NCBI GenBank assembly: GCA_012027055.1
Contig: VEPF01000411.1
Location: forward strand, 1-24,650
Reading direction: 5' to 3'
DNA: 24,650 bases
Origin: Gemmatimonadota bacterium
GTDB lineage: Bacteria > Gemmatimonadota > Gemmatimonadetes > Longimicrobiales > RSA9
Position numbers and translations under genes: made by a program. Every line of letters begins with the position of its first letter. The stretch's first letter is position 1. A model generated the notes under the pieces. That model ran no database searches. It saw only the letters and a program-made list of their open reading frames with translations, and was not told the origin of the DNA. Below are positions 1 to 7,867 of this stretch, piece by piece.

Positions 1-724
1 TCCGCTCCTGCAGGAACGCCGGGGTGAGCCGGGCGGCCCAGGCCGAGAGCACCGTGATCGTCCCCGTCACCAGCAGCAGCCCCACCACCACCAGCACCGC
101 CCCGGAGACTTTCTCGGCCACCGGGATGAACCGGCGGAGGCGTCGCGACGCGTTCAGGAAGGCCCCCGTGGCCAGCGCCGCCAGCAGGAACGGCAGCGCC
201 AGCCCGGCCGCGTAGCCGCCCAGCAGGAGCATGCCCGACGCCATCGTCGCCCGCGCCGATGCGTATGTGAGCAGCGCGCCCAGCACCGGCCCCAGGCACG
301 GGGTCCAGCCCGCCCCGAACGCGATCCCGGCAATGGCCGCGCTTGCATAGCCGGTCGGCGATTCGTTCAGCTGGAACCGCCGTTCCCGCATCAGCGCCGA
401 GAAGCGGAAGACCCCCAGCAGGTGCAGCCCGAAGATCAGGATCAGCACGCCGCCGATCCGCGAGATCCAGTCCTGGTAGCGGAGCAGCACCTGCCCGATT
501 AACGTTGCCGACGCGCCCATCAACAGGAAGATCAGCGAGAAGCCGGCCACGAAGAACAGCGCCGGCACCACCGCGGCACGGCGATCCGTACCCTCGCGCA
601 GATCATCGAGCGACATGCCGGTGATGAAGCCGAGGTAGCCTGGCACGATGGGCAGCACGCACGGCGACAGGAACGAGAGCAACCCCGCCCCGAAGGCAAC
701 CGCAAAGGATACCGAACCGTCCAT
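1..724 (-). CDS. ccdA: Cytochrome c biogenesis CcdA/DsbD-family transmembrane thiol-disulfide transporter (3' end runs off the window)
   Basis: Not in the ORF track because its stop is outside the window. Manual translation from ATG at 724 gives MDGSVSFAVAFGAGLLSFLSPCVLPIVPGYL...IAFGAGWTPCLGPVLG, with both hallmark Cys motifs (FLSPCVLP, GWTPCxG) and hydrophobic helices. GGAG lies 8 nt upstream. The frame is open to position 2. Confidence 0.92.
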   Translation of the reverse strand, partial: MDGSVSFAVAFGAGLLSFLSPCVLPIVPGYLGFITGMSLDDLREGTDRRAAVVPALFFVAGFSLIFLLMGASATLIGQVLLRYQDWISRIGGVLILIFGLHLLGVFRFSALMRERRFQLNESPTGYASAAIAGIAFGAGWTPCLGPVLGALLTYASARATMASGMLLLGGYAAGLALPFLLAALATGAFLNASRRLRRFIPVAEKVSGAVLVVVGLLLVTGTITVLSAWAARLTPAFLQER

Positions 725-2489
725 GTCGTCGTCTCCAGGGTGGAAGCGGCTGCGTCACGCGCTCTACGACTATTATTACCGAGCGAAGTACTTTCCGTTC
801 GCCGCCGAACGCCGCGCTCGCCGTGAAGAGCTCGAGCGCGGCTTCATTGTCCTGCAGATCGACGCTCTTTCCTACGACGACCTGCAACGAGCCCTCGACC
901 GCGGCTACGCTCCCAACCTCCGCCGGCTGATCGAGCGCCACGGCTGGGAGCTGCGGCGCTTCCCGGCCGGGCTGCCGGCCGCAACGCCCGCGGCCCAGGC
1001 GGCGATCTTCTTCGGGACCAGGGAGGACATCCCCGCCTTCCGCTTCTACGAGAAGCGCGAGCGGCGGGTGATCATTGGCTCCCGGCCCGCGGATGTCCAG
1101 CACATCCGCGACCGATTGCCGGCGGCCGGAATCCTCGAGGGCGGCGCCGGCTACGTCAACATCTACGATGGCGGCGCGGCCCGGGCCGTGTTCACGCTGG
1201 CCGCGCGCCAACCTCAACCCTTCCTGCAGAAGATGGGGGGCGGGCGCCTGGGTCTGCTGCTCCTGCTCCATCCGGTGCGTACCCTGCGCATGGTGCTGGC
1301 CAGCGGCTGGGAGTATCTGCGCGAGGAGGTGGTGCGGCTGTGGGGCCAGGTCAAGGGGCAGTACACGTACTACTGGTGGTACATCCCCCTGATGCACATC
1401 GCCACCAACGTGATCCTGCGCGAGCTGCAGACCATGGCCGTGCTGCTCGACATCTACACCGGCGTGCCGAGCATCTACACCACCTACAACATCTACGACG
1501 AGTTCGCGCACCACTTCGGCCCCGGTTCTCGCACCGCCTACAGCGCCATCCGCGCCTTCGACCGCCGCGTCGACGAGATCCGGCGCATGCTGCGCCGCGT
1601 GCCCGGTCGCCCCTACGACCTCTACATCCTGAGCGACCACGGCCAGACCGCGTCCGTCCCCTACCGCGTGAAGTTCGGTGAGACGCTCGGCGATACCATC
1701 GTCGCCGCCGCGAGTCACGGCGTGCTGGTGATGGCCGGCACCGGCGACTACGCGCCCGAACACCAGGACATCATGGACTTCCTGGTACAGGAGCTCGAAC
1801 AGGTCTCGGCGGAATCGAGCCTGCCGACACGCCGGGCCGGGAACCGGCTCGGCCGCTGGCTGCGCCGTCACTACCAGCTCTTTCCGCTCGTGGCCGAGGT
1901 GGTCCGCCAGTCCCGGGAAACCCAGCTGGTGGTCACCTACTCCTCATCGCTGGCGCACGTCTACTGGACGGAGCCGACGGAGCCCCTCGCTTTCGATGCC
2001 ATCCGCGAGGACGCTGACCGGCGCGCCCTCTACTACTTCCTCGTGGCGCACGCCGGCATCGGCTGCGTGATCACACGGATGCTCGACGGGGCGCACGTTG
2101 AGAGCCTGCGGGGGCGGGCGCTGATCACGCCCGCGGGCGAGCTGGAGGTGCTCAGCGGTGCGGATCCGTTGCAGGACTACGCCCGGACCGCGAGCGAGCG
2201 GCGGGCGGTCGCGCAGCTCGCCCGCATGCGCAACGCAGGCGACCTGATCCTGTTCGGGAAGTACGATCCGGTGAAGGACTCGTGCATCTGCTTCGATGAC
2301 CAGATCGGCGCGCACGGCGCGCTGGGTGGACGGCAGGGCTATCCGTTCATCATGGCCCCGCGCGGACTCATCCCCGAGGGCTTCCCGATCGACGATCCGC
2401 TCGACCTGCACCAGCTCTTCCGGCGCTACTGCGCGGCGCCCGCGGCGCCGGTGCAGCCCTCGCAATCGGAGCGGCCGGCCGGCACCTGA
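723..2489 (+). CDS. Alkaline phosphatase superfamily protein (type I phosphodiesterase/nucleotide pyrophosphatase-like)
   Basis: Metal-binding motifs are in the expected order: IVLQIDAL, PAATPAAQ (candidate Thr nucleophile), YDEFAHHFGP, ILSDHGQ, GAHGALGG. Start moved from 648 to ATG 723 because 648-722 is the antisense of ccdA. Confidence 0.75.
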   Translation: MSSSPGWKRLRHALYDYYYRAKYFPFAAERRARREELERGFIVLQIDALSYDDLQRALDRGYAPNLRRLIERHGWELRRFPAGLPAATPAAQAAIFFGTREDIPAFRFYEKRERRVIIGSRPADVQHIRDRLPAAGILEGGAGYVNIYDGGAARAVFTLAARQPQPFLQKMGGGRLGLLLLLHPVRTLRMVLASGWEYLREEVVRLWGQVKGQYTYYWWYIPLMHIATNVILRELQTMAVLLDIYTGVPSIYTTYNIYDEFAHHFGPGSRTAYSAIRAFDRRVDEIRRMLRRVPGRPYDLYILSDHGQTASVPYRVKFGETLGDTIVAAASHGVLVMAGTGDYAPEHQDIMDFLVQELEQVSAESSLPTRRAGNRLGRWLRRHYQLFPLVAEVVRQSRETQLVVTYSSSLAHVYWTEPTEPLAFDAIREDADRRALYYFLVAHAGIGCVITRMLDGAHVESLRGRALITPAGELEVLSGADPLQDYARTASERRAVAQLARMRNAGDLILFGKYDPVKDSCICFDDQIGAHGALGGRQGYPFIMAPRGLIPEGFPIDDPLDLHQLFRRYCAAPAAPVQPSQSERPAGT

Positions 2490-2498
2490 GGGGCATGT

Positions 2499-4622
2499 TC
2501 ACGGTACGATCTCCAGCAAACCCTCTCGCGCCGCACTCTCGCCGGTGCCCAGCCGCGTGACCCGCACGCGCACCCGGTAGACTCCCGGACTCAGGTACTC
2601 CGTGCCGATCATCCGCGCCTGCTGCAGCCCGTATTGCTCGTGCGGCACGCCCGCGGTCTCGACGAACTCCATGCTCACTACGTTGCGCCGGCCCGCTACG
2701 AACGCGCGCAGATTCTCCCCCGGTCCGGCCCGTTCGGGCGCCGCCCGGATTTCCGTTCGATACCGCTCCCCCTCCCCTACTCCGTAGAGCTCGTAGAACA
2801 GGTGCACCGGTTCTCCCGCCCGGTACACCCGCCCCGGCGCGGGTGACAAGACCACCTCGCCGCGCCGCCACGTGCCCCGCACATCCGTGGGGGCAAGTAC
2901 GACGTCGCTCAGCCGCGGCCCGGAACCGTCGAATTCCGGTACCGTCAGCTCTCCCCCCACGATCGCACCGGCCTGCTCGCCGGTCGAGTCTGTGAGCGCA
3001 ATGCGATAGCGCACACGTTGCCGCAGTGAGGTGTTGAGCATGGCGTGCAGCAGGGTGAGACCGCGCGGCGCGGCGGGCGCGAGCAGATCGGTCGGGAGCT
3101 GACTCCGCTCGATGCGGTCGCTCCGCGCCACGGCGCGCGTCGAGTCCTGCACCAGTATCAGCGACAAACGGGTGGTCAGGACTCCGGAAGCATCCGCCAG
3201 CTCGCGGGCCGCGTTCGTCGGCAGCGAGACGGCCGCCACGAGCTGGGTCGAGTCATCCGGGCCCCGGAAGGCGTAGGTCGCGGCCACGAACGCGAGGCGC
3301 CGCGTGAATGGGGGCTCGTAGCTGTCACCCGCGGCGAGCTGGTGCAACGTGCGCTCCGTCAACCGGCGGGCAAGCTGCCCGTCACCGCCGGGCATGCAAA
3401 CTACGCGCATGTCACCCGGCAACTCGGTGCGCACCAGCGCGTCGCCAGCGTGCTCCGCAGCGTCGGGCGGAACCAGCGCGTCGAGCAGGCGGCCGGCGGC
3501 CCGCCGGCTCTTCACAAGCTGCGCCACCCCGAACTGGCAGTGCCGCAGCAGCGCGAGCCGCTGGGGATCGCCATGCCGCATCAGCATCAGGCCCGGCGCC
3601 GTCAATCCGAAACGACGCGGATCCACGCCCAGGGCTATCGCGCTCAGCTCGGCACCGTCGCTCATGGGCGACTCCGGCCGGAAGCTCAGCCGCGCCTGCT
3701 GCAGCCGCCGGTAGTGCTCGCCCAGCCGCTGCTCGAGCGTGACCCCGGCGCGCGCGGCGCGGTGCTCCCAGAACCGCCGCAGCCACTCCCCCCGCTCTGC
3801 GAGGCCGGCCGTCGCCCACGCGGCCCGCTCCCCATCACCCACGATCGCGCCGATGGCCCGGAAGTACTCGCGCGCACCCTCGCCCGTCAGGTGCCGGACG
3901 CCCTCGAAGTAGCGCGCCACGCCCGCGCTTCGCGTGGAGGGGTCCTGCAGGAGCGCGAACGCGGCCGTGTGCTGGCTCAGCGAGACGTCGGCGCCGTAGG
4001 ACCGCGCCCGGTCGCTCAGTAGCAGCGCGCGCTCCGTCTCGTTCCGGTCGAGCGCCGCGCGCGCTTCCCAGAGCAGGCCCGTGCCCGTCGCCGGCGTGCG
4101 ACCCAATGCCGCGCTCGCCTCTCGCGCAAGCGCACTGTCACCTCGTTCGACTGCGAGCTGCAGCAGTTCGAGCGCGGCGGCGCCCAGCTGCGAGTCCAGC
4201 GCGAGCGCGCGCCGCAGGGCGCGCACTCCCTGGGCATAGGCGAGACTGTGAGGTGAGATGAAGTACTCGTCCGGGTCGCTGAAGGCACGCACTCGCGCAT
4301 CCGGGCCGCGGACCAGCATGGCCCCGAGCGCGAACTGCCGAAAGGCGTCACCGGGCGCCCTGGCGGCAGCGCGTTGCAGCAATTCCCGCCCGCGATAGGC
4401 GTCCGCCCGGTCGTGGCTGAACGCGTAGCGTCGCGCGCAGCGCATCCCCTCCGCCAGCTCCGGGTCCAGTTCCCGCGCCGGCACCAGCCCGTTCACTTCG
4501 GCCGTGCTGCCCGCCCGTTCCAGCTCTTGCCAGAAGCCGGCCGCCGGTACCTGCCCGCTCGCCGGCCCCGCCAGGGTGCCCGTGGCCAGCAGGATCAACG
4601 GCAGGCACGACCTGATCCGCAA
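2499..4622 (-). CDS. Secreted GWxTD-domain-like protein (signal peptide, helical TPR-like N-terminal half, degenerate GWxTD core, C-terminal Ig-like sandwich)
   Basis: TTG start with AAGGAGG 5 nt upstream and a signal peptide (MRIRSCLPLILLATGTLAGPASG). FWEHR...EHYRRL..A...F and GLMLMRHGDP match the pattern FW..R...EHY.R...A...F / RG.IYIRYG.P. The C-terminus YRAGEPVHLFYELYG...LSPGVYRVRVRV is beta-sandwich-like. Confidence 0.65.
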   Translation of the reverse strand: MRIRSCLPLILLATGTLAGPASGQVPAAGFWQELERAGSTAEVNGLVPARELDPELAEGMRCARRYAFSHDRADAYRGRELLQRAAARAPGDAFRQFALGAMLVRGPDARVRAFSDPDEYFISPHSLAYAQGVRALRRALALDSQLGAAALELLQLAVERGDSALAREASAALGRTPATGTGLLWEARAALDRNETERALLLSDRARSYGADVSLSQHTAAFALLQDPSTRSAGVARYFEGVRHLTGEGAREYFRAIGAIVGDGERAAWATAGLAERGEWLRRFWEHRAARAGVTLEQRLGEHYRRLQQARLSFRPESPMSDGAELSAIALGVDPRRFGLTAPGLMLMRHGDPQRLALLRHCQFGVAQLVKSRRAAGRLLDALVPPDAAEHAGDALVRTELPGDMRVVCMPGGDGQLARRLTERTLHQLAAGDSYEPPFTRRLAFVAATYAFRGPDDSTQLVAAVSLPTNAARELADASGVLTTRLSLILVQDSTRAVARSDRIERSQLPTDLLAPAAPRGLTLLHAMLNTSLRQRVRYRIALTDSTGEQAGAIVGGELTVPEFDGSGPRLSDVVLAPTDVRGTWRRGEVVLSPAPGRVYRAGEPVHLFYELYGVGEGERYRTEIRAAPERAGPGENLRAFVAGRRNVVSMEFVETAGVPHEQYGLQQARMIGTEYLSPGVYRVRVRVTRLGTGESAAREGLLEIVP

Positions 4623-4667
4623 CCGACCCTCCTTGCCGCCGCCTGGCCGGCTGGTCTCGCCCCGCTC

Positions 4668-5597
4668 TCAGCCGTTGCGGAAGCGGTACCCGATCAGCTT
4701 GTAGACCAACTTGGCCACCAGGAAATCGGGGGCGTGCATGCCCGGGATCGGCGCCAGCTCCACAACATCCGCGGCATGCACCGTCCGCTCCCGGAATACC
4801 CGCCGCAACAGCTTCAGCACCTGGTACCACTGCAACCCGCCCGGCTCCGGCGTCCCGGTCGCGGGCACCAGCGCGGGAGCGAACGCGTCCACGTCGAAGC
4901 TGAGATAGACGTCGTCGCCCAGCACCTGCATGACCTGCTCCTGCCACTCATCCCCTGCGTGGATGTCATCCGCCAGGAAGACGTGCAGGTGGTTCGAGGC
5001 GCGCACCAGCGTCATCTCCGCCGACGTGAGCGCCCGGATCCCGACCGCGACGATGTTCACGCGCTCCTGCACCTGGTACATGACCGAGGCGTGCGAGTAG
5101 CGCGATCCCTCGTATTCCGGCCGCAGATCGGTGTGCGCGTCGAACTGCAGCACCGTCTGGCGCCGGCCAGCCTGCGCCAGCCGGTCCGCCCACGCCAGGA
5201 TGGGCGCGCTGCTCAGCGAATGCTCGCCTCCGAGCGCAATCACGAACTTGCCCGGGCTCGCGTCCAGCACCGCGTCGTAGGCGCGCCGCAAGTCCGCCAG
5301 CGCGTGCTCGCCGCCCGCTCCGCTCAGCGCCAGTGCCGGCAGCGTGGCGATGCCTACCTCCGCAGGCTCGCAGTCGAGTTCCTGGTCATACAGCTCCAGG
5401 TAGCGCGATGCATCGACGATCGCGGCCGGACCGGCGCCCGTGCCACCCCCGTAGCTGACCGTCGCTTCGTACGGCACCGGCAGGATCACTGCCGCGGCCG
5501 CAGCGAATTCGCTGCCCCGCTCGTCCAGCCCCAGGAAGACGTGCGGCAGCTCCCACTCCAGGCCCCGCAGCCCTGCAGGCACGCCCTTCTCGGCCAT
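4668..5597 (-). CDS. speB: Agmatinase (ureohydrolase/arginase family)
   Basis: Motifs VPYEATVSYGGGT..GP.AI, GGEHSLS, DAHTDLR, SFDVD and GTPEPGG are present. Start moved to ATG 5597 (GAGGGGGG upstream); the ORF-track extension to 5735 overlaps fur. Confidence 0.9.
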   Translation of the reverse strand: MAEKGVPAGLRGLEWELPHVFLGLDERGSEFAAAAAVILPVPYEATVSYGGGTGAGPAAIVDASRYLELYDQELDCEPAEVGIATLPALALSGAGGEHALADLRRAYDAVLDASPGKFVIALGGEHSLSSAPILAWADRLAQAGRRQTVLQFDAHTDLRPEYEGSRYSHASVMYQVQERVNIVAVGIRALTSAEMTLVRASNHLHVFLADDIHAGDEWQEQVMQVLGDDVYLSFDVDAFAPALVPATGTPEPGGLQWYQVLKLLRRVFRERTVHAADVVELAPIPGMHAPDFLVAKLVYKLIGYRFRNG

Positions 5598-5608
5598 CCC
5601 CCCTCGCA

Positions 5609-5636
5609 ATGAAACGGGGACCCCGCCGGAGTCCCC
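5609..5636 (-). terminator. Possible weak intrinsic terminator or stem-loop between fur and speB
   Basis: On the minus strand GGGGAC-9nt-GTCCCC (5636..5616) is followed by GTTTCATT. The U-tract is short. Confidence 0.3.
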
Positions 5637-5662
5637 TCGAAATCGCCGAAGCCTGGCCGATC

Positions 5663-6142
5663 CTAGACCGTCTCGATCGGACAGGACAAGCCCTCCCACC
5701 GCAGCTCCGCACCCGCCGCCCGGCAGTCCGCGCACAGTCCGTAGATCTGCAGCCGGTAGCGCGCGGGCAGGAAACCCTGCTGCCGCGCTGCTTCATCCTG
5801 CACCCGGTGCAGCTCCGTGCTGTGCATGTCCACTACCTTGCCACACTCCGTGCAGATCAGGTGCTCCCGCACCGGCTTCTGCCCGAACAGATGCTCGTAC
5901 CGCTTGAAACCCTCCCCGAAATCGTGCTCCTCCACCAGCCCGCTCCGTACCAAAGTCTCCAGCGTCCGGTAGATCGTCGCCTTCCCGATCCGCTCCCCCC
6001 GTTCCCGCAGCTTCTTCTCGATGTCTTCCACCGACAGATGCTCCGGAGAATTGAACACGACCTCCGCGATCGCCTCCCGCTGCTGCGTCACGGGCAAGCC
6101 CTGCTCGCGCAGATACCGACGGAAGAGGTGGACGAAACTCAT
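5663..6142 (-). CDS. fur: Fur-family transcriptional regulator
   Basis: T.QREAI, HLSVEDI, ATIYRTL, EHLICTECG and YGLCADC (two CxxC) are present. ATG 6142 has GGAG 5 nt upstream. The subfamily (Fur/Zur/PerR-like) cannot be determined from sequence alone. Confidence 0.9.
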   Translation of the reverse strand: MSFVHLFRRYLREQGLPVTQQREAIAEVVFNSPEHLSVEDIEKKLRERGERIGKATIYRTLETLVRSGLVEEHDFGEGFKRYEHLFGQKPVREHLICTECGKVVDMHSTELHRVQDEAARQQGFLPARYRLQIYGLCADCRAAGAELRWEGLSCPIETV

Positions 6143-6214
6143 GGTCACTCCGGGCGGGCCGGCTGCGTCGTGCCCGCTCCCGCGGCGGGCCTGGATCGGG
6201 ACGCCTCCTGACAA

Positions 6215-6249
6215 CGACTATTGATAGTCGATCTCATTCTCATCGTCAA
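6215..6249 (-). promoter_or_regulatory. Putative sigma70 promoter overlapped by a Fur-box-like site and a 7-2-7 palindrome, upstream of fur
   Basis: Minus strand reads TTGACG(6249-6244)-17nt-TATCAA(6226-6221). GAGAATGAGATCGACTATC (6241-6223) matches the Fur box GATAATGATAATCATTATC at 13/19. CGACTAT-TG-ATAGTCG is at 6215-6230. The stretch is AT-rich against the background. Confidence 0.5.
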
Positions 6250-6760
6250 TCGCCCCGCTCCCCGCTGCCTCCACGCCCGATACCTCCGCCTCGTCCGCGG
6301 CCACGCTCAGGTTCGGGACATCGGCCGCCGGAACGGCGCGTGGTCCGCCCAGTCCCTCGACCAGCTGCCACCAGCGCTCGGCAGCTCGTTCGATGAGTTC
6401 GGTACGAGGCGGCTGCTCGCCCTCTTCGTCCATGCGCTGGAGCACGCCGCTGACGATGCGCGTCACCGCGGTGGCGGGGGCGGTGCCATGCTCCTCGAGG
6501 TGCTCGCTGACGGTGGCCGTCCCCCGGCGATCCCGGGTGACGGTATAGCGCGCGGTAATGACGCGGCGTTGTTCCGGTTGCGGCGTGAAGGCCGCGACCA
6601 GGAAGACGGTGCTCTCGCCCGCGGCGATGCGGCGGGTGGGGAACAGCCAGATCTCCTCGATGGTGCCGACCGGGATGCGCTCCGCGAGGCGTGCGAGCAG
6701 CGCGTGCGGCAGGCCGGGATCGGGTTCGGTGTTGACCCACTGGCTGGGCGGACGGCTCAT
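6218..6760 (-). CDS. Hypothetical protein (180 aa)
   Basis: ATG 6760 lies 10 nt after the nrnA stop. The sequence looks globular (IEEIWLFPTRR...RVITARY) and fits the operon, with an acidic low-complexity tail. Confidence 0.7.
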   Translation of the reverse strand: MSRPPSQWVNTEPDPGLPHALLARLAERIPVGTIEEIWLFPTRRIAAGESTVFLVAAFTPQPEQRRVITARYTVTRDRRGTATVSEHLEEHGTAPATAVTRIVSGVLQRMDEEGEQPPRTELIERAAERWWQLVEGLGGPRAVPAADVPNLSVAADEAEVSGVEAAGSGAIDDENEIDYQ

Positions 6761-6770
6761 GGCTGCGTGC

Positions 6771-7826
6771 TCACCATTCTGCGCGCACCGTCCGGGTGCT
6801 GGCGCCGGCGGCTTCCAGGGCCGCACGGACCGCTGCGAGCACCCGCGTGCGCGTGGCTTCCAGGGGTTCGCCGACCAGGGCGCCGGAGGCCTTCACGTGT
6901 CCCCCGCCGCCCAAGGCACGGGCGATGGCGTTGACATCGACATCTCCGGCGGAACGCAGGGAGACCTTGGTCGCCCCGTCGGCGGTCTCGCGGAATAGCA
7001 GCGCGATGACGGTACCCTCGACGGAGCGGGCGTGCTCGACCAGCCCTTCCAGGTCGTCGGCGTTCGCGCCGAGGCGTTCGACGACGCCGCGTTCGACACT
7101 GATGAAGGTGATCGGGTAAGGATCATCCACCTCCAGGTGATCCAGGGCGTAGCGCAGCAACTCGACGCGGCGCAGCGGAACGGTCGCGTAGATGCGGCGA
7201 TACACCTGTTCGGGATCCACCCCCTGTTCGATGAGCTCGCCGGCGATCTCGTGGGCGCGCCGGCGAGTATTGGAGAAGCGGAATGATCCCGTGTCCGTCA
7301 CGATGGCCGTGTAGATGCCTTCGCGCACGGCGGCCGGCCACGGGCGGGCCACTTCCGCCACGCCCAGCAGATCGTACACCAGCTCGCCCGTGGCGCAAGC
7401 GGCGGCATCCTGCAGGACGATGCCGGCGATGGCCGCATCGCTCGCGACGTGATGGTCGAGCACCAGCACGTGCGCGCGTCCCAGGCTGCCCGCGATGCGC
7501 CCGATGCGGCGAGGCTCGCAGGTGTCGAGCACGAACACGGTATCGGCCGCGCGCAGGACACTCGCCGTCTCGGGGTGGGCCGGGTCCCGCACGATGCCCT
7601 GGTCGGGCAGCAGGTGCCGGTAAAGCCCCGGGAAGGGGGTGGGGTTGACGATGTGCACGACCTTGCCCAGGCCGAGGAGCCAGGCCGCCACGGCGGCCGC
7701 GGCGCCGGCCCCATCGCCGTCCGCGTTGACGTGGGTGGTGAGCACGACCCGCCCGGCCGCCGCGAGCGCGGCCGCGATTTCCTCCAGGGCGGCGCGGCGG
7801 TGTGCGGGGACCGGTGATCCCGTCAT
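6771..7826 (-). CDS. nrnA: DHH/DHHA1 phosphoesterase, bifunctional oligoribonuclease / pAp phosphatase NrnA
   Basis: THVNADGDG, VLDT, LDHH, TDTGSFRFS, SLRS and GGGHVKASG motifs are present. GGAG lies upstream of ATG 7826. Confidence 0.9.
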   Translation of the reverse strand: MTGSPVPAHRRAALEEIAAALAAAGRVVLTTHVNADGDGAGAAAAVAAWLLGLGKVVHIVNPTPFPGLYRHLLPDQGIVRDPAHPETASVLRAADTVFVLDTCEPRRIGRIAGSLGRAHVLVLDHHVASDAAIAGIVLQDAAACATGELVYDLLGVAEVARPWPAAVREGIYTAIVTDTGSFRFSNTRRRAHEIAGELIEQGVDPEQVYRRIYATVPLRRVELLRYALDHLEVDDPYPITFISVERGVVERLGANADDLEGLVEHARSVEGTVIALLFRETADGATKVSLRSAGDVDVNAIARALGGGGHVKASGALVGEPLEATRTRVLAAVRAALEAAGASTRTVRAEW

Positions 7827-7867
7827 GCCCGGGGCTCCTGCACCGCCGGGAAGATGCGCTTGTGAAC

